Shown here: piece by piece, positions 7,901-16,757 of the stretch
Layout of the letters: each line of letters begins with the position of its first letter
Position numbering within the stretch: position 1 is the first letter of the stretch
Source: a virus
Taxonomy: Duplodnaviria; Heunggongvirae; Uroviricota; Caudoviricetes; Schitoviridae
Strand: one strand, 5' to 3'
Virus record (IMG/VR): IMGVR_UViG_3300024257_000004
DNA: 21,022 bases
Notes under the pieces: generated by a model
What the model saw: only the letters and a program-made list of their open reading frames with translations
What the model was told of the DNA's origin: nothing
The model's database searches: none
Made by a program: the position numbers and the translations under genes

Positions 7901-10900
7901 TTACAATATCGATCAAGAAGCTATAACGGACTTAAAAAAGAAAATTGCCAGAGAAGAGAAGAAACTTAAAACTATTACTTACGTAAAAGACAATGGTCCT
8001 AAAGCAGAAAAAAGTAAGAGGTACTATATCAAGTGGGAAAAAGGTAAGGGTAGTTACTCTAGTGTAGACAAGAAAGCTGAACATACTAAAAAGATTAAAG
8101 CACTTAAAGATGAAATTGGTAGTTATGGTATTTCTAGTAGAAGCAGAGATAAAGGTGATGTAGAAGCTCTGTTAGGCAAAGTCGATTCAGACATCGCTAA
8201 AAGTACTAATGCGATAGCTAAGCTTGAGATTTCAATCGCCAAAGCTGAAAAAGCTCTGGAGGACGAGGACTACTCCGATATTGAAAAAGACTTGGTTAAC
8301 GATGATATCAAACTAGAACAAGGTGCAATAACTAAACAGAAAGCTCACATTAGTGAAGTTAAAGCCGCTCAAGCTAAAGTACTAGAAGGTAGGCTAGACT
8401 ACAACGAAATGACAGAATTAGATGCCGCTATGGTAGAAGGTATGATGCATTCTCCGAAAGTAGAGGCACAAGAACACTATGCTATATTCAAAGAATACGG
8501 AATTCACATGGGAGAAGACGTAAACGCTAATGAAGCACTAGAATCACTGAATAAAGCTGTAAATGACTCATTGAATGAAAGTAAAGACGCACTTAAAGAC
8601 TTAATTGGCGTAGAGAGTACTGAGAGTAAATTTACTAAATTAGAAGAAGGATTAAAAAAGGTAGACTTAGGTAAGAAACTGCAAAGCATTCACGATTCTA
8701 CTAAAGAGTTAGAGGTACTACGGTATGACTTAAGTACTACTACCGGTGAAAAAGCTAAAGCTGCTCTAGAGGCTAAGATTGACGCTGCTGCTAAGAAGAT
8801 TGAGGATACTAAAGCAGAGATTCAGAACACAGCTAATACTGAATCCATGTTGGATAATAGCTACGGTAAGTCGTTACTATCTGACGAAAAATTCGCTAGA
8901 AGAGTGACACAAACTGTTAAAAACATGAAAAAAGACGATGGTGACTACAGTTTCATGAATGCTGATCCAGACACGTACTTACAGACTGACGCAAAAAATG
9001 TATCTATGTCAATGTCGATTGATTTAGATGCAGAAGAAAACGCAGCGTTAAAAGACTACTCAGTTAAAAAGGCGGATAAGCTATTTAAAGAGATAAAAAC
9101 TAACGATTCTACAAGTACTGCAGCAGCTGTAGTGTCAAATAGTCAAGCATTTATATTCTTAAAAGATCCAGCTACTGACTTAATTATTAGCAAGGATGCA
9201 GATGGTAATCATAGCATAAACCCGAATGTAGCACTAACACTGAGTTTAGTAGGTGATGAGTTTATGAAGACAAGAGCTTCAGAGCTTATATTCAATACTT
9301 GGGAAGATACCAAGAATATTTGGGGTATGCCTGAAGGTACATCGTATAACTCGAAAGCTCATAGGATAACTAAGAGTGCCGGCGCTAACCTATCATTCGT
9401 GGCTAACGAGTTAGGTACTCAAGCTAGAAAGGCTCTAGGTATCAAGTTTAAAGAAGACGCTACTGAAGAAATGGTAGCAATGTTCGATGGATCGTTAGGG
9501 TATAAAGTACTACAAATGCAGATGGCAGAAGGTAGAATTAAACGACACACAGGTAAGGACAAAAATGCTACATCAGTAATTAAAGCTGAAGATGTTGCAA
9601 CCGCTATGAAAACATTTATGCCTGGAACTGCCGTTAAACAAACTCAAAACAGAATGATGGTTCAATTATCAGATAAAATGGTGAAAGATAATGGGTTAAA
9701 AAAACTACAAGGTAACCAAGAAATGGAAGCCCTGTTAGATACATTCGGTGCTAAACACAACGAAAAAGGCCCAAGATTTTCCCCAAGAACTACTAAAGAG
9801 CGTGAAAATAGGACGTTAGAGGCTAGAAGAACTCACGTAGTTAAGGATAACATAGGAGATAAAACAGTTACAGCGGTAGATAAACATGAGAATCTGGAAT
9901 ATAACCTAGATACAGAAGCTATCGACAAACTTATCCAACTAGAAGAAACTAATAAAAAAGCATTCAACGCAAGACTTGGTATTGTTGATTTAACACTACC
10001 GGAGTGGGCTGACGATAAGACATTAGATTCAGTAGATTCTCAAGATGCTGTAAATACAGAGAAACTGCGGGCTTGGGAAGACATAAAAGCATTAAGAGAA
10101 TCAATGAAAGGCAATAATGCTAAACCTAATACGCTGTACTTCAACTGGTTTATGGCTAAATCTGGAAGACTATTTATAGATTCAAATACCATTAACCCTC
10201 AAACTGAAAAACAAATCCAAAGATGGTTAATTACGGCTAAAGAACAAGAAGCAGAAATTGATATCAACAATGATAAGCAAGAAATGGAAGTGTTTAAAGT
10301 AGCTATATCACAAGGGCTAGGTATTGATATTGATAAGCAGGGGTACGAGAATTCTATAAAAGATGGTACAAAAATACTAAGTATGTCAGAAGAAGAACTT
10401 AATATTGCTGAAAAAACTATAATGAACGAAGGTAAGTACACTACTAAAGCGGGGTTAGTTATTAAATCAGAACATTTAGGCCATACAGTTGCTACACTAA
10501 ATAACATTAGAAAGTATAAAAATGCGAAAAATGGTAAATTCACTACTAACCAAGTACTAGAGCTGGATGGTATTACGAATGGGCTTATAGCTAAGTTACT
10601 ACAGATACCGTTAGCTGATATTAATAAAACTATAAAACACCTACGAAGAGGTGGAATTGTTATCGGAGTTACTGAGAAAATTGGATACTTAGACTACGTT
10701 GAGAATAAAGATGAAAAAGATTCATACCAAAATGTATCAGGGCAGTTAAAAGAGCCTAGCTACGAAGACTGGACAAAGCGAATGCCGAAACGGCTATTTA
10801 ATTCTATGACAGCTCTTATGCCTAAAATATTTAGTGAAGAAGACGCTAGTGAGATCACTAAAGAAGGTAGAGATATCGCTAAAGACCCTACTATGCACTT

Positions 10901-12689
10901 CCAGTTCGGAGCTACGCTTAGGTCAATTAAAGCTAATGTTGGTAATAAGATGTCGGATGGTTTTGCGGATAAAATGCTAGAAGCTGCTAACAGAATCGCT
11001 AATGGTAAAGATGTTACAGACTACCCTGCAGCGGACTTAGTTAAAGTATTAGCTTATCACACAGAAAAAAAGGACGCTAAAGTATTTGCCGCAAACTTAG
11101 CTAAACTACTAAAGACTAAAAGTTATGAAGAAATCTCATTTGCTACGCTTGGTATTAAGACATCAGAAGAGAACAAAGCTGGGCATATTACTACGACTAA
11201 GCCGACGTTACAACGTTACTTTAAAGAGTTTACAGAAGCTACGTACGGTGAGCAAGTTGCTGGTGTACTAAAAAATGAATTTGGTGATCTTGTTGAATCG
11301 AATAGAATTATCACTAATAATACAAAAACCCAGTACGCAGGGTTCAAGATAATACTAGAAGATAATATCGCACGAATAGAAGAAAACCAAGGTAAACCTA
11401 TTAGTTTAGCGCAAGAACGAGAACTGCTACAAGAGTTAGCTGATGCATTCCCTACAGTTGAGTCGCCATTTGGTGGGTTAATCGAGTTTATAGATAATAA
11501 ACTACAAAAGTCGGATGAAGCTAGTAAACTATCAATTCAAGCTGCAGTTAACAACAAAAAGTACAAAGGTAAATCTGACAGTAAGTCTAGTGTAACTCTG
11601 CAGATAGTCCTAAGAGATATAGAAGCCGCAGTTAGTTCTGGGGCTGTACTGCCAATTCACTTCACAGATGCTAGTGTTATGGCAGAAGTAATGAATGACT
11701 ACGGATTTACAGAAGTACATGATGCAAAAGTATTAGGAATTACTCAAGCAGTAGGAGCAACTAAAGCTTACAATAAGGGATTCATAGATATTGCAGCAAA
11801 CTACAACTTGTTAGAGAAATACCATGACTCGTTAGTTAAAACAATGAGTATGATGACTCAAGGTCAGATAGATAGAGTTAACGCTATGTTCGCCGCAAGT
11901 CAAACAGCTACGGAAAAAGAAGCTAACCCTAGAAAGAAGTACACGCCAACTAGGTTTAGTACGGATCAAGTACAAGAGTACAACGAAGCACTGGAAGAGG
12001 CAGGAATTAATCCAGAGAGTATACCAGACGTGGCTGAATTTAATAGACTAACAATGGAAGAGATACTAGAGCAAGGGCTGGAATACGCTAACGAAATTAC
12101 AAAAAGAAAACAAGAATTATTTGATAATGTAATACACGCTTCACAGATACCCCTAAATAAAGACTCTATAATGTCGTACAAAAAAGGTGACATAAAGGTT
12201 AACACGTGGGAAAACGGTCCTGCTGTGTTTAGTGTACTAGAAAATCCGGTAGAAATAGAACTACAAACAGAAATTCTAGAGACAAAAGCTGAAGTAACTG
12301 CGGATACGGTAGAAAGATGGACTAAACAAGCTAGAAAACACTTAGTTGATAACTCAGATTTATACCCGGTACTGTATAACTTAAAAACGGATGTAGTTAC
12401 AGGTGGTATCGATACAATATACGATAATATAGCAAGAACAATAGGTAAAGACTTAAGAGAATCGGCTACACAGGATATACTATTTGAAGGGATACTTGAA
12501 CCTAAGTTATCTGAAAAAGAAAGAACAGATGTAGTTAATGAAATAAGAGATCTTAGAAAGGCTATACACGACAGCAGAACTCCTAAAGGCAATACTCAGG
12601 AAGAAAGCGGTACAATCGATGCAGAAATGACAGGTGAGGAATTCACAGATGAAGAGAATGAGGTTTGTAATGATGGGGGAATTTGTTAA
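4950..12689 (+). CDS. N4-like virion-encapsidated RNA polymerase, N-terminal plus polymerase part (2579 aa)
   Basis: Single-subunit RNAP motifs in order: SGRLFIDSNTINPQ (R1740, nt 10167); motif A ELDGITNG (D1873, nt 10566; N4 DGVTNG); motif B RDIAKDPTMHFQFG (R1974/K1978; N4 RGIAKNPLTITIYG); LPIHFTDAS; motif C EVHDA (D2258, nt 11721). Long Cys-free N-terminal region with amphipathic and coiled-coil segments. Confidence 0.93.
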   Translation: MTTEEFSKLTGQYVAGNVSRMDTKSAEKKARLQQKHDQSLYGVTAQDGQYWDDADSSSDYRLQGADAPEIYHEMTPTGDTKNVRSKVYQQVAYENQIPLEDAVRIVDQQAEARAIDQEYRQSPQFQIDKLNNPNDPYYQSQTLGEGIGLTGRNTGGLTSFDVYHAGDVATKAGREDIQAADWEKYKTGEKGYFGRELLNNPEYVNKMISEGYMVPGEADDPVEYAKQKELYDVAKEQKLGLHGHETVDPRVAQAMQQTSYAYSKSPEAKAERAKQAGIEYQKATQGWLEGAAKAAGTGFVKELAVDLADWVGDTTNMYDIGTEEEKTEMVNKLFNYVPATSQETVQQVEGLNNIAWDSNQDITTRLAAIGKSITLAAQDGEMLGSSLGVLAAWLIPGMALTKGHKVGKVMTKIDKGVDAGKLSRTKAAGMKTKKLLGTKEGVGYGLRQQSGMITGALGNINDQYETFVENNNGVELQGADKAEWFARSFGVQMFNQNLDAITAVSIMKSPGMLQAAKQSIKDVSEKAFGKAIVGMSVGVGKAIAQMPKEAAQEYTQGMMELYNERFGAEEFKDTDTFTKFITNPEFAKEKTVDALLGAGGSLQFSAMGAISQASGKTKDVVTETMKSEKDKLVEVEKAEAKAQDKTTTMANIKLHNDTYTKAISDNDVTKAYSTIQAMEAEVNKLAVNDEKSATALKTMLNSKKAEIKTKIQEQVKAEKSMSNKELVALGAGIEDKKAFLQATVDSSDIATDEAFIKRKGKALGVAPHTVDNMIEQAKAFSHMDKSSDEVKGFKAKIDKIKSYKAAGYVDQAQAETRELEMLFGKHEEKSDELSAGLTELEQKIDKAVKQGIPNTLKGKEWSAEYSKRLTEKLELPQKKVIHHKDGTNTEVTYKEVVNKLLHKYSQRDMKDKTTFSEGAYGDQQSYENAKKGIRRVAAINNIKLSTIAGKKDSAKIKELRTKAKSTDAEKEELKSLRKHSTLDTYNIDQEAITDLKKKIAREEKKLKTITYVKDNGPKAEKSKRYYIKWEKGKGSYSSVDKKAEHTKKIKALKDEIGSYGISSRSRDKGDVEALLGKVDSDIAKSTNAIAKLEISIAKAEKALEDEDYSDIEKDLVNDDIKLEQGAITKQKAHISEVKAAQAKVLEGRLDYNEMTELDAAMVEGMMHSPKVEAQEHYAIFKEYGIHMGEDVNANEALESLNKAVNDSLNESKDALKDLIGVESTESKFTKLEEGLKKVDLGKKLQSIHDSTKELEVLRYDLSTTTGEKAKAALEAKIDAAAKKIEDTKAEIQNTANTESMLDNSYGKSLLSDEKFARRVTQTVKNMKKDDGDYSFMNADPDTYLQTDAKNVSMSMSIDLDAEENAALKDYSVKKADKLFKEIKTNDSTSTAAAVVSNSQAFIFLKDPATDLIISKDADGNHSINPNVALTLSLVGDEFMKTRASELIFNTWEDTKNIWGMPEGTSYNSKAHRITKSAGANLSFVANELGTQARKALGIKFKEDATEEMVAMFDGSLGYKVLQMQMAEGRIKRHTGKDKNATSVIKAEDVATAMKTFMPGTAVKQTQNRMMVQLSDKMVKDNGLKKLQGNQEMEALLDTFGAKHNEKGPRFSPRTTKERENRTLEARRTHVVKDNIGDKTVTAVDKHENLEYNLDTEAIDKLIQLEETNKKAFNARLGIVDLTLPEWADDKTLDSVDSQDAVNTEKLRAWEDIKALRESMKGNNAKPNTLYFNWFMAKSGRLFIDSNTINPQTEKQIQRWLITAKEQEAEIDINNDKQEMEVFKVAISQGLGIDIDKQGYENSIKDGTKILSMSEEELNIAEKTIMNEGKYTTKAGLVIKSEHLGHTVATLNNIRKYKNAKNGKFTTNQVLELDGITNGLIAKLLQIPLADINKTIKHLRRGGIVIGVTEKIGYLDYVENKDEKDSYQNVSGQLKEPSYEDWTKRMPKRLFNSMTALMPKIFSEEDASEITKEGRDIAKDPTMHFQFGATLRSIKANVGNKMSDGFADKMLEAANRIANGKDVTDYPAADLVKVLAYHTEKKDAKVFAANLAKLLKTKSYEEISFATLGIKTSEENKAGHITTTKPTLQRYFKEFTEATYGEQVAGVLKNEFGDLVESNRIITNNTKTQYAGFKIILEDNIARIEENQGKPISLAQERELLQELADAFPTVESPFGGLIEFIDNKLQKSDEASKLSIQAAVNNKKYKGKSDSKSSVTLQIVLRDIEAAVSSGAVLPIHFTDASVMAEVMNDYGFTEVHDAKVLGITQAVGATKAYNKGFIDIAANYNLLEKYHDSLVKTMSMMTQGQIDRVNAMFAASQTATEKEANPRKKYTPTRFSTDQVQEYNEALEEAGINPESIPDVAEFNRLTMEEILEQGLEYANEITKRKQELFDNVIHASQIPLNKDSIMSYKKGDIKVNTWENGPAVFSVLENPVEIELQTEILETKAEVTADTVERWTKQARKHLVDNSDLYPVLYNLKTDVVTGGIDTIYDNIARTIGKDLRESATQDILFEGILEPKLSEKERTDVVNEIRDLRKAIHDSRTPKGNTQEESGTIDAEMTGEEFTDEENEVCNDGGIC

Positions 12690-15600
12690 ATGATATGTCC
12701 AGTTAAAGGTATAAAGTTATCAATCAGAGACGTGATTGATAACGAAAAGAGCGTACAGAAAGCTAGAAATGTCATAACTAAACGAATTGACTTATTCTGG
12801 AGTGATTATGAAAAAACATCAGATAAGACTTACACCGCGGAAGCTGTAAGCACGTGGAAAAAAGAACAGTTCGACCTACTAATAAAAAAGAAGGGTATAG
12901 CCCCTCTTCCTAGTGAAAATTTGACTAAATACTCTATTGGGGATAGAAGAGTCAGAGCCAGTAAAACAGGTAAAACTGATAACACAGCTAGTATACTAAT
13001 GGTAGATAAGAATACTGACGGTACTATGAGCTTACTGACAATGACACACAAAACGGGAAAACTGACTAAAGTAGACTTAGATAGTAACTACAATAGCCCT
13101 AAAATGGATTATGATAAACAAGTAATTGACGGTATATACCAAACGGTCAGCAGCAAAGTTAAAGGAATCAGAAACCAACCTAATAAACAATTAGGTTCAG
13201 ATATTAGGGGTAAAGCCGCAGAACTAGAAGGCTATGCTCAAGAGTATGGTAATTTAACCAATGATCCAGAACAAGTTAAAGCCCTGGCAAAAGAACTAAA
13301 TAGAAAATCAGATGTGCAGGTTAGTGTGGAACATGAAGGTTGGTTAGTAGACGTAGTAGATATGTTTATTGGTAAAGACAAAAAGTTCTTACCGCAAAAT
13401 CTGCAAGTGTACCTTAATAAAAAAGGACCAAAGTCACTAGGTACGTTTGTCCCATACGCTGAAGAAAAAATCGGAGCAGGTATTTACATAACTGAAGGTA
13501 ACGAAGCTAGAGTTGCTGGTAACCAAATGGGGCCTATGGAGAAATACGTACATGAATTAATACATGGGGCTATGTACTATGGGCTAGAAAGTGGAGATCC
13601 TGAAGTTGCAGGGGCTAGAGAAAGGTTAGAAAAGCTATATCACAAAGTGGTTGATAAACTTGTATGGCAAGACTTGATGCCGAGCGGATCAGACTATGAC
13701 TATAAGGAAGAAAAGAAAATAGCAGTAGCTATGTTAAAACACATGAGGGAAACTGATGGTTTGCATGAGTTTATCACATACGGTCTGACAAATGAAAATA
13801 TGATTAAGAAGTTACAAACAGTAACTATGTATATAGATAAGTCCGTAAAAGCTAAGAATGTCTGGGAGGCACTTAGGTTTATGGCACAAGACTTAATTGA
13901 TATGATTATGAGTACTGTGCGAAAAGAAACAGTTAATACCACAGGGCATAAACTACTGATAAAATTAAGTATGGACATAGCTAAAGCTAATAATACGGCT
14001 GCTAAAACATATGCTACATTCACGATGGGGGAAAAAGCTGGGGAGTTTATTGATAAGCTGAATGGCGCAATTAATAACGTAACTGACAAGTTGAAAGAGA
14101 ACCAGTTAGACAAAGACTTGCCGAAGTTACCAGCAAACGCTACTAAGCTTGAAACAGCTAAGTGGTTAGCAGGCAACTTAAGTAAAATGGTAATGGATGA
14201 TAGAATGAGACCGCATTATGAAGCAGCACTTACAGCAGCTGGGCTAAAACCGGAAGGAATTACCCAACAGTTAATAAGAGCATTCAGTCAAGATGATAAC
14301 TTACAAAGAACTGTTGAGAGGCTTGGGTTACTGTCGATGGACATTGACGATAAACGATTCGCTATGGGGCAAGCTATAAGTTCAACAATTAGAAGTGCTT
14401 GGAAAGGCAAGCTAAGTAAGGCTGACAATGAATTAGTTACAGAAGTTTTACTGGATAATGATATTCAAGTTTTAGGTAATACAGGAAAAGGTATTAGTAA
14501 ATTATTCAGCAGTGATACTGAAGTAACTAAACAGATAGATAAGTACCGTAAAGTAATTATAGATAAAGCTGCCACTAAAGCAGACGCTAACTACTATTTA
14601 AATGAAGCAAAAGGACTGGCGAGATACTTATTAACACATAAAGCTAGTGAAATACAGCTACTGAATGCTAATAACATAGCACGGCAACTAGGTACAGCTA
14701 ATCAGGTAGATAAAGCTGATCCCGCTCTGGTAGAAGCTATTGACAAGTTAAGTTCATTAACGGCATTGAAGGATACAGATGCAGCTAAAAAAGATAGGAT
14801 TAAAGAACTGTTTGAGTCAGAGCCTGACGGTATACACACAGTACTGAACCTACATAAAGGGTTTGTAGCTGACACAAGAGAGAAGCTATTCTCTGATAAT
14901 GATATAAATTACATTAAAGGGTATACGAAAGAGATATTTGATGCTGATATAGATATTAAAGTAGCGAAAATTAGCGATAAGAAGGACATGATTGCGCAAG
15001 GGTACCAGTTTATAGCGCCACTAGTTAAATCAGAGTTGGATAATACTAGAGGGGAATTTGCTTTATATAGAAGTAACTTACACGCACTTCAAGGGTATAA
15101 TAAACAAGCGTTTAGAACTACCGATACTGCCGGAAAAGGTACTACTATTGCCGATATTCTGTATAAAACGAATTTAGATCCTAAGTTTGTTAAGATTAGA
15201 GAAAAAGCTATGATAGCTGAAATTAGCGGTAATGTGGAGACTGCTAGAAGTAAATGGTATGAAAGTGAATTTGACGAATTGCCGATAAGTAATATGGTAC
15301 CTGTGTATAACAAAGATGGTAAAGTTATCACATATAGGTACATGATGTCTAAAGCTGAGAAAAAGAATTTACTAGCTCAAGATACTAGGGCGAATTTGGT
15401 ATTAGGGCAGATGTACGCTAACAATATGGATAAGGTTTCTTCTGGGGAGATGAATAAAAAAGTAATTAATACAGTTCTTGAAGACATGGAAGATAACTAT
15501 ATTCCAGGTAAAACTTATGGTAAAAATGGTAAAGAGTACATCATGGTGGGTCCGGACGGCGTAGTTGATGACAAGTATAAAGAGATGTGGAGATTATTGC

Positions 15601-16757
15601 CTAGTGCAGCTAAACATAACTTAGAGCAGAAAGCTAAAGAACTATTAGAAGAAGATGAAACGTTTAAAGGTATTGCTGTACGGCGTGATTTAGTTAGGCA
15701 ATACTTCGGGGAAAGGGATTTTTCTATTGGAGATACTAGGCTTATGGGATTAAGCCCTAAAGTGATAAGACAAGCCGTAGTGTTAGCCGAACGAATATGG
15801 AAGAGTATAGTAGGTATAGCTAAAGCTAATATCGTAATTAAAACTCCGGCTGTACTGTTTGGTAATATTATAAGTAACTTGGTACTTAGTGTACAATTAG
15901 GTATGGATCCGTTGAGTGTACTAAAATTACAGTGGAGTGGGCTAAAAGACTTACAAGCCTACAAGAAAACTGAGGGTAAGTTAAATGAACTGGCTATTAA
16001 GATTAGTAGTAATAAGGCTCAAGGTAAGCCGTATAAAGCACTCGAAGCACAAGTTAAAGTGTATAAGAAAGAGTTAAATAGGAATCCTGCTCACGTATTA
16101 ATCAAAGAAGGGTTATTTAGTTCAATAGTAGAAGATGTTAACCCTGAAGATAGACGATCAAATGACCCTGTTGGTAGATGGATAGATAAGAAAACTGAAA
16201 ATTGGCCTGAAGTGGTTAAGCAGGGTACGAATTATCTGTATCTTACTGAAAGAACTGCTCCGTACCAAATGATGCTTACGGCTACGCAATATAGTGATTT
16301 TATTGCTAGATATGGGTTATACCACGGTACAAAAAAGAAACAAGAGCGTGCGATTGAAAGCAAGCATGGTAGAAAAACTACTCCTGCTGAAAGAAAAAAG
16401 CTTGAAGATAGTACATTAGAGTTAGTAACGAATGCGTTTATTAACTATAATACACTAGATAACAAGTATGTTAAATACGCGAATGACATGGGGTTAGTAA
16501 TGTTTACTAAATTCTTTGTCGGTATTCAGCAAGTACTTAAAAAAGGTTTAGCTGATAAGCCTGTTAATTTCATACTCGCGATGTTAGGACAAGTATTGTT
16601 ATTTGACGTTGAAGATATTACTGAACATTCAGTAATAACTAAAAACTATGAGGCAATACTTCATAACCCGTTAGAAATTATGCGAGAAGTGTATACTCCT
16701 TCGTCTATCGAGTTACTAAGCGTGCCTCATGATGTTATACAGAAACTAGCTGCATAA
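12690..16757 (+). CDS. Separately encoded C-terminal part of the N4-like vRNAP, with zincin-like HExxH motif (1355 aa)
   Basis: Starts at the base after the upstream TAA, same frame, with GGGGGA 9 nt upstream. YVHELIH (H288/E289/H292, nt 13551-13565) and HEFITYGLTN (E360) resemble the HELIH...EFMAWALTN segment I recall from the N4-type vRNAP C-terminal domain. Combined length 3934 aa versus about 3500 for N4 vRNAP. Confidence 0.8.
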   Translation: MICPVKGIKLSIRDVIDNEKSVQKARNVITKRIDLFWSDYEKTSDKTYTAEAVSTWKKEQFDLLIKKKGIAPLPSENLTKYSIGDRRVRASKTGKTDNTASILMVDKNTDGTMSLLTMTHKTGKLTKVDLDSNYNSPKMDYDKQVIDGIYQTVSSKVKGIRNQPNKQLGSDIRGKAAELEGYAQEYGNLTNDPEQVKALAKELNRKSDVQVSVEHEGWLVDVVDMFIGKDKKFLPQNLQVYLNKKGPKSLGTFVPYAEEKIGAGIYITEGNEARVAGNQMGPMEKYVHELIHGAMYYGLESGDPEVAGARERLEKLYHKVVDKLVWQDLMPSGSDYDYKEEKKIAVAMLKHMRETDGLHEFITYGLTNENMIKKLQTVTMYIDKSVKAKNVWEALRFMAQDLIDMIMSTVRKETVNTTGHKLLIKLSMDIAKANNTAAKTYATFTMGEKAGEFIDKLNGAINNVTDKLKENQLDKDLPKLPANATKLETAKWLAGNLSKMVMDDRMRPHYEAALTAAGLKPEGITQQLIRAFSQDDNLQRTVERLGLLSMDIDDKRFAMGQAISSTIRSAWKGKLSKADNELVTEVLLDNDIQVLGNTGKGISKLFSSDTEVTKQIDKYRKVIIDKAATKADANYYLNEAKGLARYLLTHKASEIQLLNANNIARQLGTANQVDKADPALVEAIDKLSSLTALKDTDAAKKDRIKELFESEPDGIHTVLNLHKGFVADTREKLFSDNDINYIKGYTKEIFDADIDIKVAKISDKKDMIAQGYQFIAPLVKSELDNTRGEFALYRSNLHALQGYNKQAFRTTDTAGKGTTIADILYKTNLDPKFVKIREKAMIAEISGNVETARSKWYESEFDELPISNMVPVYNKDGKVITYRYMMSKAEKKNLLAQDTRANLVLGQMYANNMDKVSSGEMNKKVINTVLEDMEDNYIPGKTYGKNGKEYIMVGPDGVVDDKYKEMWRLLPSAAKHNLEQKAKELLEEDETFKGIAVRRDLVRQYFGERDFSIGDTRLMGLSPKVIRQAVVLAERIWKSIVGIAKANIVIKTPAVLFGNIISNLVLSVQLGMDPLSVLKLQWSGLKDLQAYKKTEGKLNELAIKISSNKAQGKPYKALEAQVKVYKKELNRNPAHVLIKEGLFSSIVEDVNPEDRRSNDPVGRWIDKKTENWPEVVKQGTNYLYLTERTAPYQMMLTATQYSDFIARYGLYHGTKKKQERAIESKHGRKTTPAERKKLEDSTLELVTNAFINYNTLDNKYVKYANDMGLVMFTKFFVGIQQVLKKGLADKPVNFILAMLGQVLLFDVEDITEHSVITKNYEAILHNPLEIMREVYTPSSIELLSVPHDVIQKLAA

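Noticed and set aside
12660-12720. Split intein or genome-wide TAA recoding as the explanation for the vRNAP junction
   Set aside because: No intein signatures (no His-Asn followed by Cys/Ser/Thr, no HINT blocks). TAA ends many genes here, including TAATG overlaps, so it is a normal stop. Low-level local read-through cannot be excluded without proteomics.
206-15343. Antisense ORFs in the track over the + strand module (206..541, 1084..1422, 1948..2373, 4224..4445, 4701..4901, 5726..5953, 5984..6433, 6962..7219, 8504..8689, 10199..10543, 11966..12592, 12830..13051, 13700..14176, 15089..15343)
   Set aside because: They lie opposite long, motif-bearing genes and are Ser/Leu/Phe-rich, as expected for shadows of Lys/Glu-rich coding strands; no recognisable motifs.
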